Notes: a model not told the origin generated them from the letters alone. Shown: positions 10,445 through 21,553, numbered from the stretch's first letter. The stretch is DNA of 21,553 nt from Ginkgo biloba (GCA_024626585.2 JANKJI020000004.1:172967360-172988912); one strand, 5' to 3'. Made by a program: numbers and translations.

Positions 10445-10563
10445 AATCAAATATGTTCTGAAGGAGGAGGCAAAAACTGATAAGAAAACTCTAGTAAAGA
10501 GCCAATCAAATATGTTTCAAAGGAGGCAAGAAAGGATAAGCAAGCTCAAGTAAATAATCAATC
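10445..10563. repeat. Imperfect tandem repeat, 2 x ~59 bp
   Basis: AATCAAATATGTT at 10445 and 10504, each followed by AGGAGGCAA...GATAAG.AA.CTC.AGTAAA...CAATC. Confidence 0.6.
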
Positions 10564-13500
10564 TTCAAGAAGATTGAGTGTTAATGATCTGAAAGCTTCT
10601 TATCATTTTCTGAAGTATGGGGAGATGAACCTAATTAAGAGTTTGATGAGATTGGCATTGCCTGAAGCAAGATAGAGACCAAATTGTGGAGTAGTACATA
10701 GATGCATTTACAGGATTGTCCATCAATTTGAGCTTGAGATGAGAGCAAAACGTGGAAGAGATCCCTTCTACAACTATTACCAATAAAAGAAAATTGAGAA
10801 ATTTAGGCATACAGTTCTATGAGAGCCAAGAAACCCTTGGTACCTTCCTCATCTTATACGTACAAGGAAGGAATGTACAAACTCTTTTGTAAGATATTAA
10901 GTTAGAGGAGATATTCAATCTTTTGGAGTGGAAAAAGGTTGTAGGGAGAGAGAAATCATTGGTATTGGTATCCCTATTACAAGAAGTTTCTTTTCTATAC
11001 AATTTCTATTGTATTGTGAATAACTTTATAAGTTATGAGAGGTTATGGGGGCATGCATTTAGCATAGGATTGGAGTAGTTTAGAGTATATGTATGGTATA
11101 TCATCTGTTGGCTCAGGAAAACTCTAATGTATATATATCTTACCATCAAAGGCTTCCGTTAACAATGCACTTCCAGCAAGGGGCATGCCATATATTTAAT
11201 CTATAAGCTCAAATTTAGTAACCTGAAATGAGGAAGAATCCATTTTAGAGTTGTAGATCTGCAAGTTTCTCTTCAAGCCCATAAAATATGGTTTGGTAGA
11301 TAGTCACACTGCTTTGGTCACTGCACATTTCCGCCACCATGACAGCCAGCTAGTAATGTTGTAACAGCATAAACCCCTTTTGGTTAAGGTTTTTTCCATT
11401 TTTAGTTGCTAGAAGTGGTTACAAATGGAGGAGAAATATAGTGTTTTCTTTTGCCAATATGTTGGATTGTGCCCAATTTATAATCTAAAAGTCAGTTGAC
11501 ATTTGCCGGTGTCTCTTCCAACCATAATGTGGTCTAGCAGAGTTACATACCCTNNNNNNNNNNNNNNNNNNNNNNAATTCACTTGTTGACCCTGAAGTGT
11601 GCCATTTAGTGATTCTCTAAATTATAAACCTTCTTTGTTAAAGATTCTCTATATTTTGATAGCCATGATTAATTTTGGTGATGGATGAAGCAAATAGGGT
11701 GTTTTGTTGAACAATGAAAGGAGTGGCTTGTTCATAAATTATAGTTGCAAATGTTAAGTCTTTAATTAGAGAGTCAAAGGTGCTTGAATCACATCTACTA
11801 CTAGGTCGTGGTGAAGAATACTTTGAGTGTTCTTTGTCAATTTTCGTACATATCGGTGGGGGCATTGTAAGCCTTCTCACTAAGCACCAAGCTTATTTCA
11901 TTGTCTACTTCACCAATTATCCCTAAACTATCTTCCAATCCAAAGGCAATTATCCTCTTTGTTTTGTGTAGAAACCTATGGTTTGGAAATGGGTGTTGTC
12001 TTCTTCCATATACCAACCATGCTACTACCTACCCCTTCCAGGTTGCCAAATTTCCACCCTTACTAGCTTGTTTTGCAAGGACCAATTTATTTAGCACTAC
12101 ATTCCTCACCGGTTCTTTATTCTCATGGCACTCTACTCGAGGATCAACAACAGGCTTATTCTGGTCCTTTGGTGGCATGAGAAACACCCCTAGTTTTCTC
12201 GAAGGTTCTAATAGAAAACTCTTGCTTTCATGATAGCCAGAGTTTCTAGTTTTTTAGCCAAAGTACCTAGTGTGCAAATCACCTATAGCTACACTTCCAA
12301 GCTCAATTAAAGGCAATAGAACCAATGTTTGTTATATCTTCGACCGTTACTTCTAGTAAATCGTGTTGAATGTCCATAAGTAAGATGCATAACGGGGTTT
12401 AAGAAGTATGAAAAAATACCCTTGACACATAAAGAAGAATCGTGAACATGCTACTCTCACCAGCATACACCCTCATCTACTATAGATACTAAGCTTAGAG
12501 TCTAGAATAGGAAAACAGATTATATTATTGATATCAAAAACCAATACATTGCTTCAACCATACGGCATTATAAATATAGATCACATGTTTGGGGATAGTT
12601 AAAGGGACAACTCTCTCATGATACATCATATTTATTAACTAGACTCTATTGCATGTAAGTTGATTGTTAATAACTGAAGATAACTAACACTCATTTACAA
12701 ACGAAGAGCAAAAGACGGAGAACTAGACTGTTGCGACCAACAACCAACACCAAGATGACCAAAGCTATTGTGGCTGAAGAACAAGATTGGTGATGACTGG
12801 AGCCACTGTGAGCGGTGACTCAACACATGACCAATATCACTACAATCGAAGAACAAGTTGTGATGGCCAGTAATGCTAAGACCGATGAATGATGGAAATC
12901 AACTTAGCTGCAAGCAAATGAATAACAACTACAAATAATCAATTAAAAAGGCATAAAGATTTTTGGTTCCATTAAAGATGTGATGTGATCTCAAAAGTGC
13001 ATTCAATATGTGACTGCATGTGCAAGATATGGTGGGCAGCATTATAAAAAGGGATAGCAACTTTCAAGGGTACCAATCATGATGACTATTGGAATAATCA
13101 ATGATTATTTCATCGTAACTTTGTGTTTATTCATTGTAAATTTAATGTCCCATTATGTAATAATTATGTAATTAGTGAGTGGTTAATCATNNNNNNNNNN
13201 NNNNNNNNNNNNNNNNNNNNNNNNNNNNNNNNNNNNNNNNNNNNNNNNNNNNNNNNNNNNNNNNNNNNNNNNNNNNNNNNNNNNNNNNNNGATAAAGGAA
13301 GTAGTTTAGTAGCCTCCAGACAAGTCTGGCCTTCTTCTCTAGGTTCACAAGGCCTTCCAACAACTTCTGATGACAAGAAAACACTCCAACAAGGTTTGGC
13401 CTTCAACAAAGACAACAAAGAGGACTTTTTCCAAAGAAGCATGAGAAAAGTTGCAAAAATATCAGCAGGAAGCCTTCAATCTGGTCTTGGCCAACAATCT

Positions 13501-15428
13501 AGCAAAAACTATGACTTTCTAGGTCAACCTTCAACAAGTAAGATGTAAAAATTCGCTCTTGAAGTAAGTCACTAGTTTTAGGTGGAAGAAGGGCATAGAA
13601 AACAAGGAGATATGATGAGGAAACGACTTACTCTGACCTCTTAAAGCCAAAAAGTATTGTTTTAAGCTAAGACGTCTTAAGTTAAGGGACAGTTTGGGCT
13701 TAAGATAAGGGGCACTTAGACTGAGATAGGCTTTGACCCTTCTTAAAGTTCCTTAAGTGCCTTTTGAGGGTGCCACCATCCACGTAAGCCAATAAACTTC
13801 GTAGTAACATACAATTATCCATTTTTAGGTCTTTCTTAAGGGTTTTGCTTAGCAAATAAGAGCCACTAGCTCTTATGAGGCTCTTCTTCAGCATCTGAGA
13901 CCTTTTCTCTACCTATTGACTTCCCTTAGAATTTTTCAAGCTTGTTGAGCAGCNNNNNNNNNNNNNNNNNNNNNNNNNNNNNNNNNNNNNNNNNNNNNNN
14001 NNNNNNNNNNNNNNNNNNNNNNNNNNNNNNNNNNNNNNNNNNNNACAAGCAAATTACAGTAAGATCATGAGCTCTATGCAGGCTTTAACTTAGTCAATGG
14101 TGAAAGTCGATCTCTTGGTTTATAGATAGGGATAAGCCCACATTGAGTCTACATAGGAGACATGGATGACTCAAGTCATGAGCAAGAGAATTTATTTTAA
14201 AATATTGACCTATCCACTAAAAACAAAAGGGCAGCCAAAACTTTGGCTGTTTTTTGACCGGAGAGATTGNNNNNNNNNNNNNNNNNNTAGAATACAATTT
14301 AAATGCCCAAAATGTTTTGCTGATTTGAATGTTGACCCCAATATTCTATCCACAGAAAAACAAAGAGTTGAAATTCACATTCCTCAATTTACCAGATATG
14401 CCACATATCCAACAAAGCTGCAAATTGAGTAAAAACAATTTTGTTGGATGTCTCGAAATCTACTTTCTTGAACGTCCTGAATTGCTGATATCCAAAACCG
14501 TCTGAAAAGGTTATAATGTTATACCCGTGCAATTCGTGAGATTGCACTACCATCAACCTTTCTGTATTTATGGCATTTTGTAGCCAATCCATACAATCAA
14601 AAGTTGCAAGATTTCCTTTTCAGACTGATTTCCATAATCAAAATAATCACATTCCCCTCTGAAAACATAACCATGGTCAAGGTGTTGCCGTTTAAACCTA
14701 ATGCAGATGTACATGACACAAGCACTCAGCTTCAAGTATGCTAAATATGTTAATTAACAATTTAAATTCAACATCCTTCTNNNNNNNNNNNNNNNNNNNN
14801 NNNNNNNNNNNNNNNNNNNNNNNNNNNNNNNNNNNNNNNNNNNNNNNNNNNNNNNNNNNNNNNNNNNNNNNNNNNNNNNNNNNNNNNNNNNNNNNNNNNN
14901 NNNNNNNNNNNNNNNNNNNNNNNNNNNNNNNNNNNNNNNNNNNNNNNNNNNNNNNNNNNNNNNNNNNNNNNNNNNNNNNNNNNNNNNNNNNNNNNNNNNN
15001 NNNNNNNNNNNNNNNNNNNNNNNNNNNNNNNNNNNNNNNNNNNNNNNNNNNNNNNNNNNNNNNNNNNNNNNNNNNNNNNNNNNNNNNNNNNNNNNNNNNN
15101 NNNNNNNNNNNNNNNNNNNNNNNNNNNNNNNNNNNNNNNNNNNNNNNNNNNNNNNNNNNNNNNNNNNNNNNNNNNNNNNNNNNNNNNNNNNNNNNNNNNN
15201 NNNNNNNNNNNNNNNNNNNNNNNNNNNNNNNNNNNNNNNNNNNNNNNNNNNNNNNNNNNNNNNNNNNNNNNNNNNNNNNNNNNNNNNNNNNNNNNNNNNN
15301 NNNNNNNNNNNNNNNNNNNNNNNNNNNNNNNNNNNNNNNNNNNNNNNNNNNNNNNNNNNNNNNNNNNNNNNNNNNNNNNNNNNNNNNNNNNNNNNNNNNN
15401 NNNNNNNNNNNNNNNNNNNNNNNNNNNN

Positions 15429-16865
15429 TTCTTTAAAGTCCGAATGTGCTTCCTCAAGCACAACAGTTGCTTCTTTCATCTGTTCCACGTCACATTCCAA
15501 TTCACATAGAAGATAAAGTTCATCAATAGCTCTATTCAGATTTTCAAACAGGAAGCACCAGAGCCTTTGTCTGAACCTTTCTTTGCTTTCCCCTGTTTCA
15601 CCCTTACCAAATGCATTCATCAGCATGTTTGTTGCCATGCTTATATCCTCATTAAACCTCTCCCTGTTTATTTGAACATTTTCACTTGAAATCTCCACCG
15701 AGTCCTTATTTTGTGCTGTATCACTTGTAACACCTACCAATTCTGCTCTACATGAATTTGTACATTCAGAAGAATGTTCGCTGCCTTCACAACCATTCAT
15801 CTTATCTATAGAAGAGACAGATTGTTGAATCTCGTCACCTGCAATAGAGACCTTGTCTGATAGTGTTTTGTCCAAAGAATCACAGGGAGTGTCCACACAA
15901 CTAGGGCTGGGGTCTTGAATAGATATTTTCTCAGCTTCAGCTACAGTCAAGAATGATCTGTTTCCATACTCATTACCTTCAACTGGTTCATTTTGAATAG
16001 AGCCATCCACTTGCACCTTACAAAGATTTTCAGTACTACCAGATTTACGAGGAAGTTGATGATCACAGATTTCCAAATCCTCAACTATGTCAAGTGAGTT
16101 TTCAGTAAAATTGCCACTTTCTGACCCTGCATTGAGTATTTCTGACTTGCCAGAGGGCATGCCAATGACCCCAATATCTTCCTTCTCTTCCCCAGCTCTT
16201 GAATTACCCTCCATGCTTGAAGTGTTTTCCCTGTCAATAACAAATGTGGCATCCTCAACCAAGGGCATTTTATCCTCCGCAACAGAACTGCAGTTACAAT
16301 TTTGGGGCTTAGCCAGTTCACTGTCTATTCCCTTTTGCCGAGTCTGTTCCAGTTCATCTTCATCAAGATTCCCCCACTTAATTTTAGGAACTTGAGCTAA
16401 TGGCGGAACTGATGGATATTGACCCTCTAAATCATAGTCAATAACATTACAGGAGTCCCTCATGAAACCCTCTGAAACATGTTTCCTCAGAGCCACCGTA
16501 TCCATTAGTTCCACTTTCTTGAAAGAATTAGTAGTTGGCTTCAGAGAAGGCTCAATCCCACCAAACTGAAGAGAATGCTTTCCAACTGTTTGCTCCATTA
16601 TTTTCCCTTCCAGGCATGTTGAATCCCACTCTTGAACTTCCATATCTAAATGCTTGTTTTCTAACACAAGCTTTGTGTCAATAACATTTCTCTCTCTATT
16701 TTCAGCTTTTACTGGAATTCTAGGGCTTAAAGGTTCATTATTAGAACTTTGGCCTACTTGTCCAGATACAAAAGCATGATCCCGCATTAATTCAGGCCGG
16801 GCTTTCCTCAAAGATTCAGGAAGGCCTCTTATAACTCCAGTACTCCTTGACATTGATAGTTTTGA
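15429..16865 (-). CDS. SCAPER: SCAPER-like protein, large N-terminal exon containing the start of the SCAPER_N domain (both ends in gaps)
   Basis: 479 open codons. Contains KIKWGNLDED and ends GETGESKERFRQRLWCFLFENLNRAIDELYLLCELECDVEQMKEATVVLEEAHSDFKE, the diagnostic SCAPER_N motif. Confidence 0.92.
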
Positions 16866-16969
16866 GNNNNNNNNNNNNNNNNNNNNNNNNNNNNNNNNNN
16901 NNNNNNNNNNNNNNNNNNNNNNNNNNNNNNNNNNNNNNNNNNNNNNNNNNNNNNNNNNNNNNNNNNGAT

Positions 16970-17610
16970 GTTTACAAAAAAGCAATGTAAAATCATTAGA
17001 TGATCCTCTAAAGGGCACTAGAAAATGAATGTTGTTCAAATGCTTGTGAAATGATCCTGAGTTCTCGTTGTTTTTTCTGCACACCAAGAAATAAAATCAT
17101 AATATTAACTATGCTAGAATGGATCATAAATCATAATAGCTACATAGCACACAACTCGTGGAAAATTATTGCTCGAGACAAATAACATAATGAATAGATT
17201 CAATAATATAACGAATACGTCATGGAGATTCTTGGAACACATAAAATAGAAACACCTTGAAGAAGATGACAGGGATAAGAGTGAGCATTACAAAAATGTG
17301 ATGAAAATTCATCAGATGCTTGATAGCCTAAAGAGGCACTAAGTGATGAGTATTAAAAGCAATAAAATTTGAATGCTTGTTATATGATCCCAAGTTCTCT
17401 TTATTTTCTGCAAACCAAGAAAAAAAACAAAACATCAAGTATGATGGAATGGCTCGTAATCCATATAGCTACATAAAATGCATAATCAAGAAAGAATATT
17501 GTTGGAGGAAATCACTCTACTAAAAGATTTAATATAATGGATACATTATAAAGATATTTGGAACACATAAAACAAGAGCATCCTAACAAAGACAACAAAG
17601 ATGAGGAGAC
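16970..17610. repeat. Old diverged tandem duplication, period ~320-330 bp
   Basis: Collinear anchors: TTACAAAAA (16972/17288), AATGCTTGT (17039/17372), TTTTCTGCA.ACCAAGAAA, ATAGCTACATA (17136/17466) and TTGGAACACATAAAA (17232/17558). Confidence 0.85.
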
Positions 17611-17949
17611 TCAACAAGAAGAGTTGCCAAAGGCTCATCCCAAGCATCTGTGGGATGGAAAGGAGCTAAAGTCTAATATATTACATTTTAGATATCTTTC
17701 TCTTTATTTTTTGAAAAGATAATGTATCATTTATGCCTTCGAAGAGATGAAGGAAGATTACATGATTCAGCTCATGGCTTACATCAAGGTACAACATCCC
17801 AAGTCCCTAGTAAGATAGATAAAAACTACTGACTACCATTATAATTGCTTGTGGACCTAGTTCCACTCTTAATTACACATCACTGAAACACATTTGTACA
17901 AAGAAGAACTAAATAGTCTATACCATATACGAAAAAAAAAGCATGTCTA

Positions 17950-18243
17950 ACCAACCACCCCTGATTAATTTATGAAGAAATAAATAAATAAATACATAGA
18001 GAGAGAGAGAGATGATCACAAAAGATTATGAAATATAGCACATCAAAAAAGAAACTAGTCAAATCGTCCCCTCATTAATTAATGTAGAAATATATTATAG
18101 CTTATCAAATGATTATGAAATAATGGCTCATCAAGAGAGAAATGGGTTAAATCATCCCCTCATTAATGAAAAAGTAATGCATAGATTATGAACATTTAAT
18201 ATAATGTAATGGCACATAAACACAAGAATAGCTCAAATCATCC
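17950..18243. repeat. Degenerate minisatellite, ~3.5 units of ~88 bp, with (AAAT)4 and (AG)7 expansions in the first unit
   Basis: AAATCGTCCCCTCATTAAT (18061), AAATCATCCCCTCATTAAT (18149), AAATCATCC (18235) and CAACCACCCCTGATTAAT (17952). GATTATGAA occurs at 18024, 18111 and 18184. Confidence 0.75.
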
Positions 18244-18442
18244 TAATGTATTTACACTAGACTCGAGACTTGAGAATATATTTAATTTAAATGTTTAATT
18301 TCTTTTGTAGCAATTATTTGCCTCGAGTAAGGACTAGTAGGGNNNNNNNNNNNNNNNNNNNNNNNNNNNNNNNNNNNNNNNNNNNNNNNNNNNNNNNNNN
18401 NNNNNNNNNNNNNNNNNNNNNNNNNNNNNNNNNNNNNNNNNN

Positions 18443-18540
18443 CATGCCATCTCCCCTTAACACACTTCGCCCTTGAAGCATAGGTCTCCAAGGTTTATAC
18501 GCACTACTACAACTGTAAGTCTTCCACTTAGGGACCATGG
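18443..18540 (-). mobile_element. 3' end of a gypsy-type element: degenerate chromodomain-like tail, polypurine tract and first bases of an LTR
   Basis: The minus strand reads KWKTYSCSSA..W..LQGRSVLRGDG, with AAGGGGAGATGGCA (18458-18445) directly followed by TG and then a gap. Confidence 0.4.
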
Positions 18541-18635
18541 ATCTTTTATTCGCGTCGCCTCAAGTTTATAGCTAGATTATACTACATAGAGGGTCAACAA
18601 CCAAGACAAACTAAAAATAATGATAATTCTACAAA

Positions 18636-19005
18636 GTACAGAAGAAAACCTCCATCTCTAGTGCCAAGGCTGCCTCAGACATTAGTGGAGAAAAATTTTA
18701 CACATATATTTCAACATGAACAACACCATCAAAAAAAATACCTTGCTGGGAGAGAAGCCATATAGGTAAAATTGGAGAAAATAGTTAAAATGTTGGCAAG
18801 CTTTACAACTAGAAAAATTGAACTAATGAGCTTGGTTGTACATAATATCCGTGAAAGTGTTGCTAGCAAAGCACATGAGTTGTAACAAGGAATGTTGAAT
18901 ATGCAACATATTACATCTGATTCCCAAAATCAATGGAATCTATATATGAAGCAAGCGAACCAAATAAAGAAGACCTTGGAAGAAATCCAACTCCACATCG
19001 AAGTC
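18636..19005 (+). pseudogene. Kinesin-5 (BimC/KRP125-like) stalk fragment, decayed
   Basis: KLEKIVKMLASFTTRKIELMSLVVHNIRESVASKAHEL*QGMLNMQHITSDSQNQWNLYMKQAN resembles the plant kinesin-5 stalk (LLEKVAELLA.S..RKK.LV..AV.DLRES......LQ..M..MQ..TS.....W..M). An upstream piece, SISSAKAASDISGEKFYTYIST, is in another frame. Stops at 18763 and 18883. Recognised from memory. Confidence 0.62.
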
Positions 19006-19870
19006 AAGTACTATGAAGGACAATTAACAGATTTGACTAAAGTAGATGTTGAAGAGGTGGAGAAGGAATGAGTCAAGGTCACTGAAACTGCAGAAAAGTT
19101 ATCTTTACTGGAAGAAAAAATAAAGCTATGAGCAAATCTTCCACCTTTACTTGTTGGGCTTCATGAGCGACGCCCTGAGAAGCTACACTATATTGGGGTT
19201 CCTTTTGGTCTTACTCAACATCTATACAACTTCTGGAGAAAGCACAATTTCGTTCCTTTCTACATGGATCAAAACCCGAGTGTTATAACTAGGGAGCATA
19301 CTTGTATGGTTTTGAAGCCTTTAGACAATGATGAAATTGATTCAAAAGAAATGGGTCTTGGTGGATTCTTTGAGCCATTTCATCAAGTTTTCTGTTGTAG
19401 GCTTANNNNNNNNNNNNNNNNNNNNNNNNNNNNNNNNNNNNNNNNNNNNNNNNNNNNNNNNNNNNNNNNNNNNNNNNNNNNNNNNNNNNTGCAAGAAGAA
19501 GCATACGCAAAAAACACATTCGAGGGTAAAAGTCCATTGCTAAGGCCATACAACATGAAGCACCTAGAAGCTTATGCAAATATTCTGGTAGACTACCATC
19601 TAATCTTGGATCTTATACCTTCGCTTGCTCATTTGTATTTCGAGGAGAGGTTACCAACTTTGTTGTCCTATAGTCAAGCAGTTGTTTTGCTATGTATGGG
19701 CTTCCAAAAATCAAGATGTTGCCCATGTGGAGGCACAGCCACAGCTGCTGAGGAGAGAACAAATATTAGCATTATTCGTCAAAATTATAAAAAGCTTCAT
19801 GGCCAATTGCACAAAACTACGACTAAGGACTTGAAATCTACTTTGATTGAAAGAGGTTCCTATGCATTGA
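19006..19870 (+). pseudogene. NAT10: RNA cytidine acetyltransferase (NAT10/KRE33) C-terminal fragment, decayed, apparently intronless
   Basis: YYEGQLTDL...VKVTETAEKLSLLEEKIKL*ANLPPLLVGLHERRPEKLHYIGVPFGLTQHLYNFWRKHNFVPFY...EHTCMVLKPL...LEAYANILVDYHLILDLIPSLAHLYFEERLPTLLSYSQAVVLLCMGFQ. TGA stops at 19069 and 19129. Frameshifts occur in A-runs at 19706-19710 and 19789-19793, with another near 19845. Gap at 19406-19489. Confidence 0.93.
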
Positions 19871-20224
19871 TATCAACGCAACCATTCACCAATCGATCAA
19901 ATGAGTAGAGCCGTGATCGATTGAGCGACACAATGACCTAGTAGGATTGCACTTGCAAACAAAAATGAAGGCTAAAACTTGATAAAATTAAAAATATTAA
20001 AGCTAGCCCTCTTAAGAGAAAAAGATTTGGTCATATTACATGCATACGACCTCTAACCAAATCCTCACTCAAGTAACTAAGTTCTTTTTAAGAACTTTAA
20101 GGCATTAAGAACTTTTAGGATTAAATTTAGTAAAATGTGACTTGCGAGACCATCTTACTATAGAATTAAATGGCCAACATATACAACCGTGTTAAAGCAT
20201 GAGATCCTAGAAAATACTCAGTGA

Positions 20225-20375
20225 AGATAGAATTTATAAGGTTGAAACTATCGTCAAAGACAAGCTCAAGGAGTATAACTCTAATGTTCAAGACATACAA
20301 CATCTTATTGAATGTGCGAGGAAGTATGTACTTCGATAACACTCTAAGGATGTAGCATTTCAAGAAGGTAGGGCA
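20225..20375 (+). mobile_element. Degenerate gypsy pol tail (chromodomain-like) and polypurine tract
   Basis: IYKVETIVKDK...IQHLIE...SKDVAFQEGRA, ending in purine-rich AAGAAGGTAGGGCA (20362-20375) that abuts the LTR TG. Confidence 0.45.
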
Positions 20376-20864
20376 TGTTGTGACCCTAATTTGCAAATCA
20401 CCAATATTATAACCTTATTTAGCATTAATTATTAATTAATTGCATATTTAGTAATCAGGGATTTTAATTTATATATGAAGGATCATGTGATGAAGAGGTA
20501 CCTAGCCATAAATACCCTTTGACTCTTTGTGCACTGTGTATAGGCCATTTTGGCCCATTTGTAAGATATCATCTCATTTAGCATTACCTCTTCTACTTCA
20601 CCTTCTTCCAAGAAGGCTTTTCTACTTTGGGAAGCAAGTGCTCCCAATTTTAGAAACCTTTTCTACGTAGCACATGCCCCACACCTTTCTTCTTCTCTCT
20701 CTGGGTAGCAGGTGCCCCAATATTTTAAAGTTCTAACTACTTCTGACAATTGTGACATTATCTTGCGACTAGATTACTGCTCTTATTAGATGATTATGTA
20801 TTTCTTATCTGTGAACTATTTAATTCTCTATATTATTTAATTGTTTCCCATTTGGGGCACTACA
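20376..20864 (+). mobile_element. 489-bp LTR (3' LTR of a Ty3/gypsy element)
   Basis: TG...CA termini with the inverted repeat TGTTGTGACCC / GGGGCACTACA (9/11 match) and an internal TATA-like CATAAATACCC near 20507. It is preceded by a PPT. The flanks GGGCA/AAGGA differ, as expected for a 3' LTR rather than a solo LTR. Confidence 0.72.
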
Positions 20865-21553
20865 AAGGATGCTTTCATAGGAACTTTCTCAATGCAAATG
20901 CTAGAGTAAGCAGGCAGAATACAAAGTAGATGTTCTTCGAAAACTGTAATTCACAACTCTTTAAATAGAGTTTTAGATTATTGAATCAAATAAATAACAT
21001 TAAAGGATAGAGACGTCCCCAAAGAATTAGTCTAGTGGCTAGGGTTGGTGACTCCAATCATAACACCTCGCAATCCAAAAAGACTCGAAGCCTTTAGGCC
21101 CAAAAGCAACAGAAAACTTAGATATTTTGGCATTTGAAAACGGGAAATAACTTCAGTGCTACTTAGCCAAAGAAATACTCAATGGTCAAGAGTTAAAATA
21201 ATGTGCTTGTGTTAGAAAATCTAATAGTGTGAGGGTCATTCCTTATGTGGCAAGTAGTTGCAAGTGAAATCATTCTATTATTAGACTTATTTCATCTTTT
21301 CTCTAATTGTTAGGATTTTTATTAGTATTAATGCCAATCTAAATAAAAATGCACAACACCTTATAACGATTTTGGGAGTGATTTCGTGGATTCTTATTAT
21401 ACTGTGCATGAATCTCGCATAAGTTGTTGTATCTTTGTGTTTTATATTGTTTTGTGAGAATTTTTAATAGTAGAAGTTTAGGTTGCTACAAAATCAATTT
21501 CAAAATCCGCAATATCTTTCGTAAGTGATTTTAGGGTCGTTCGATGGCCAAAC

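Noticed and set aside
9000-13190. Short ORFs and probable repeat debris (e.g. 11638-11880, 11901-12233, LTR-like 12420-12960)
   Set aside because: No recognisable motifs or termini; probably decayed TE sequence but not assignable by eye.
14288-14780. Possible missing SCAPER exon, or CPKC motif ORF 14166-14432
   Set aside because: No SCAPER-like translation was found on the minus strand. A lone CxxC in an ORF spanning a gap is insufficient; this looks intronic.
16085-16395. Overlapping ORFs 16085-16321 and 16087-16395 (also 5140-5322)
   Set aside because: Shadow frames of the SCAPER exons.
16967-17087. N-terminal part of the 777-aa ORF as the SCAPER start
   Set aside because: It is across a 100-N gap, lies within a non-coding tandem duplication, and does not resemble a SCAPER N-terminus.
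17950-18243. CRISPR-like regularly spaced motifs
   Set aside because: Eukaryotic context, no cas genes, and the intervening sequences are homologous to each other.
19264-19908. 214-aa ORF as a functional NAT10 gene
   Set aside because: Upstream in-frame stops, compensating frameshifts and missing N-terminal domains indicate a pseudogene.
21015-21080. tRNA/SINE-like A box TAGTCTAGTGG (21028-21038)
   Set aside because: No convincing B box, cloverleaf, tail or TSD; at most a very decayed SINE head.

Overview
AT-rich, heavily gapped eukaryotic scaffold with 16 N-runs, several exactly 100 N and so probably of unknown true size. It is land-plant DNA; a gymnosperm/conifer-type host is inferred from the long TE-filled introns and the protein style. 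The backbone is a minus-strand SCAPER-like gene with three visible coding segments: 15429-16865 (SCAPER_N motif), 4997-5884 (coiled coil) and 3737-3913 (ending at a GT donor). The remaining exons are in gaps or outside the window. Intervening DNA holds decayed Ty3/gypsy gag fragments, LTR-like sequence and local tandem duplications. Three observations stand out. (1) A Penelope-like retroelement RT C-terminus (255-680) stops with no downstream GIY-YIG endonuclease, which matches the permuted Chlamys/Naiad or EN-less type rather than the known conifer Dryads. (2) A decayed in-frame chimera joins a kinesin-5 stalk fragment to an apparently intronless NAT10/KRE33 fragment (18636-19870), between two outward-facing gypsy 3' ends. 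(3) A partly duplicated SCAPER exon end decays up to a TAG and is intact after it, suggesting a newly created intron or an assembly chimera. All protein family calls come from motif recognition by eye, not from database searches.
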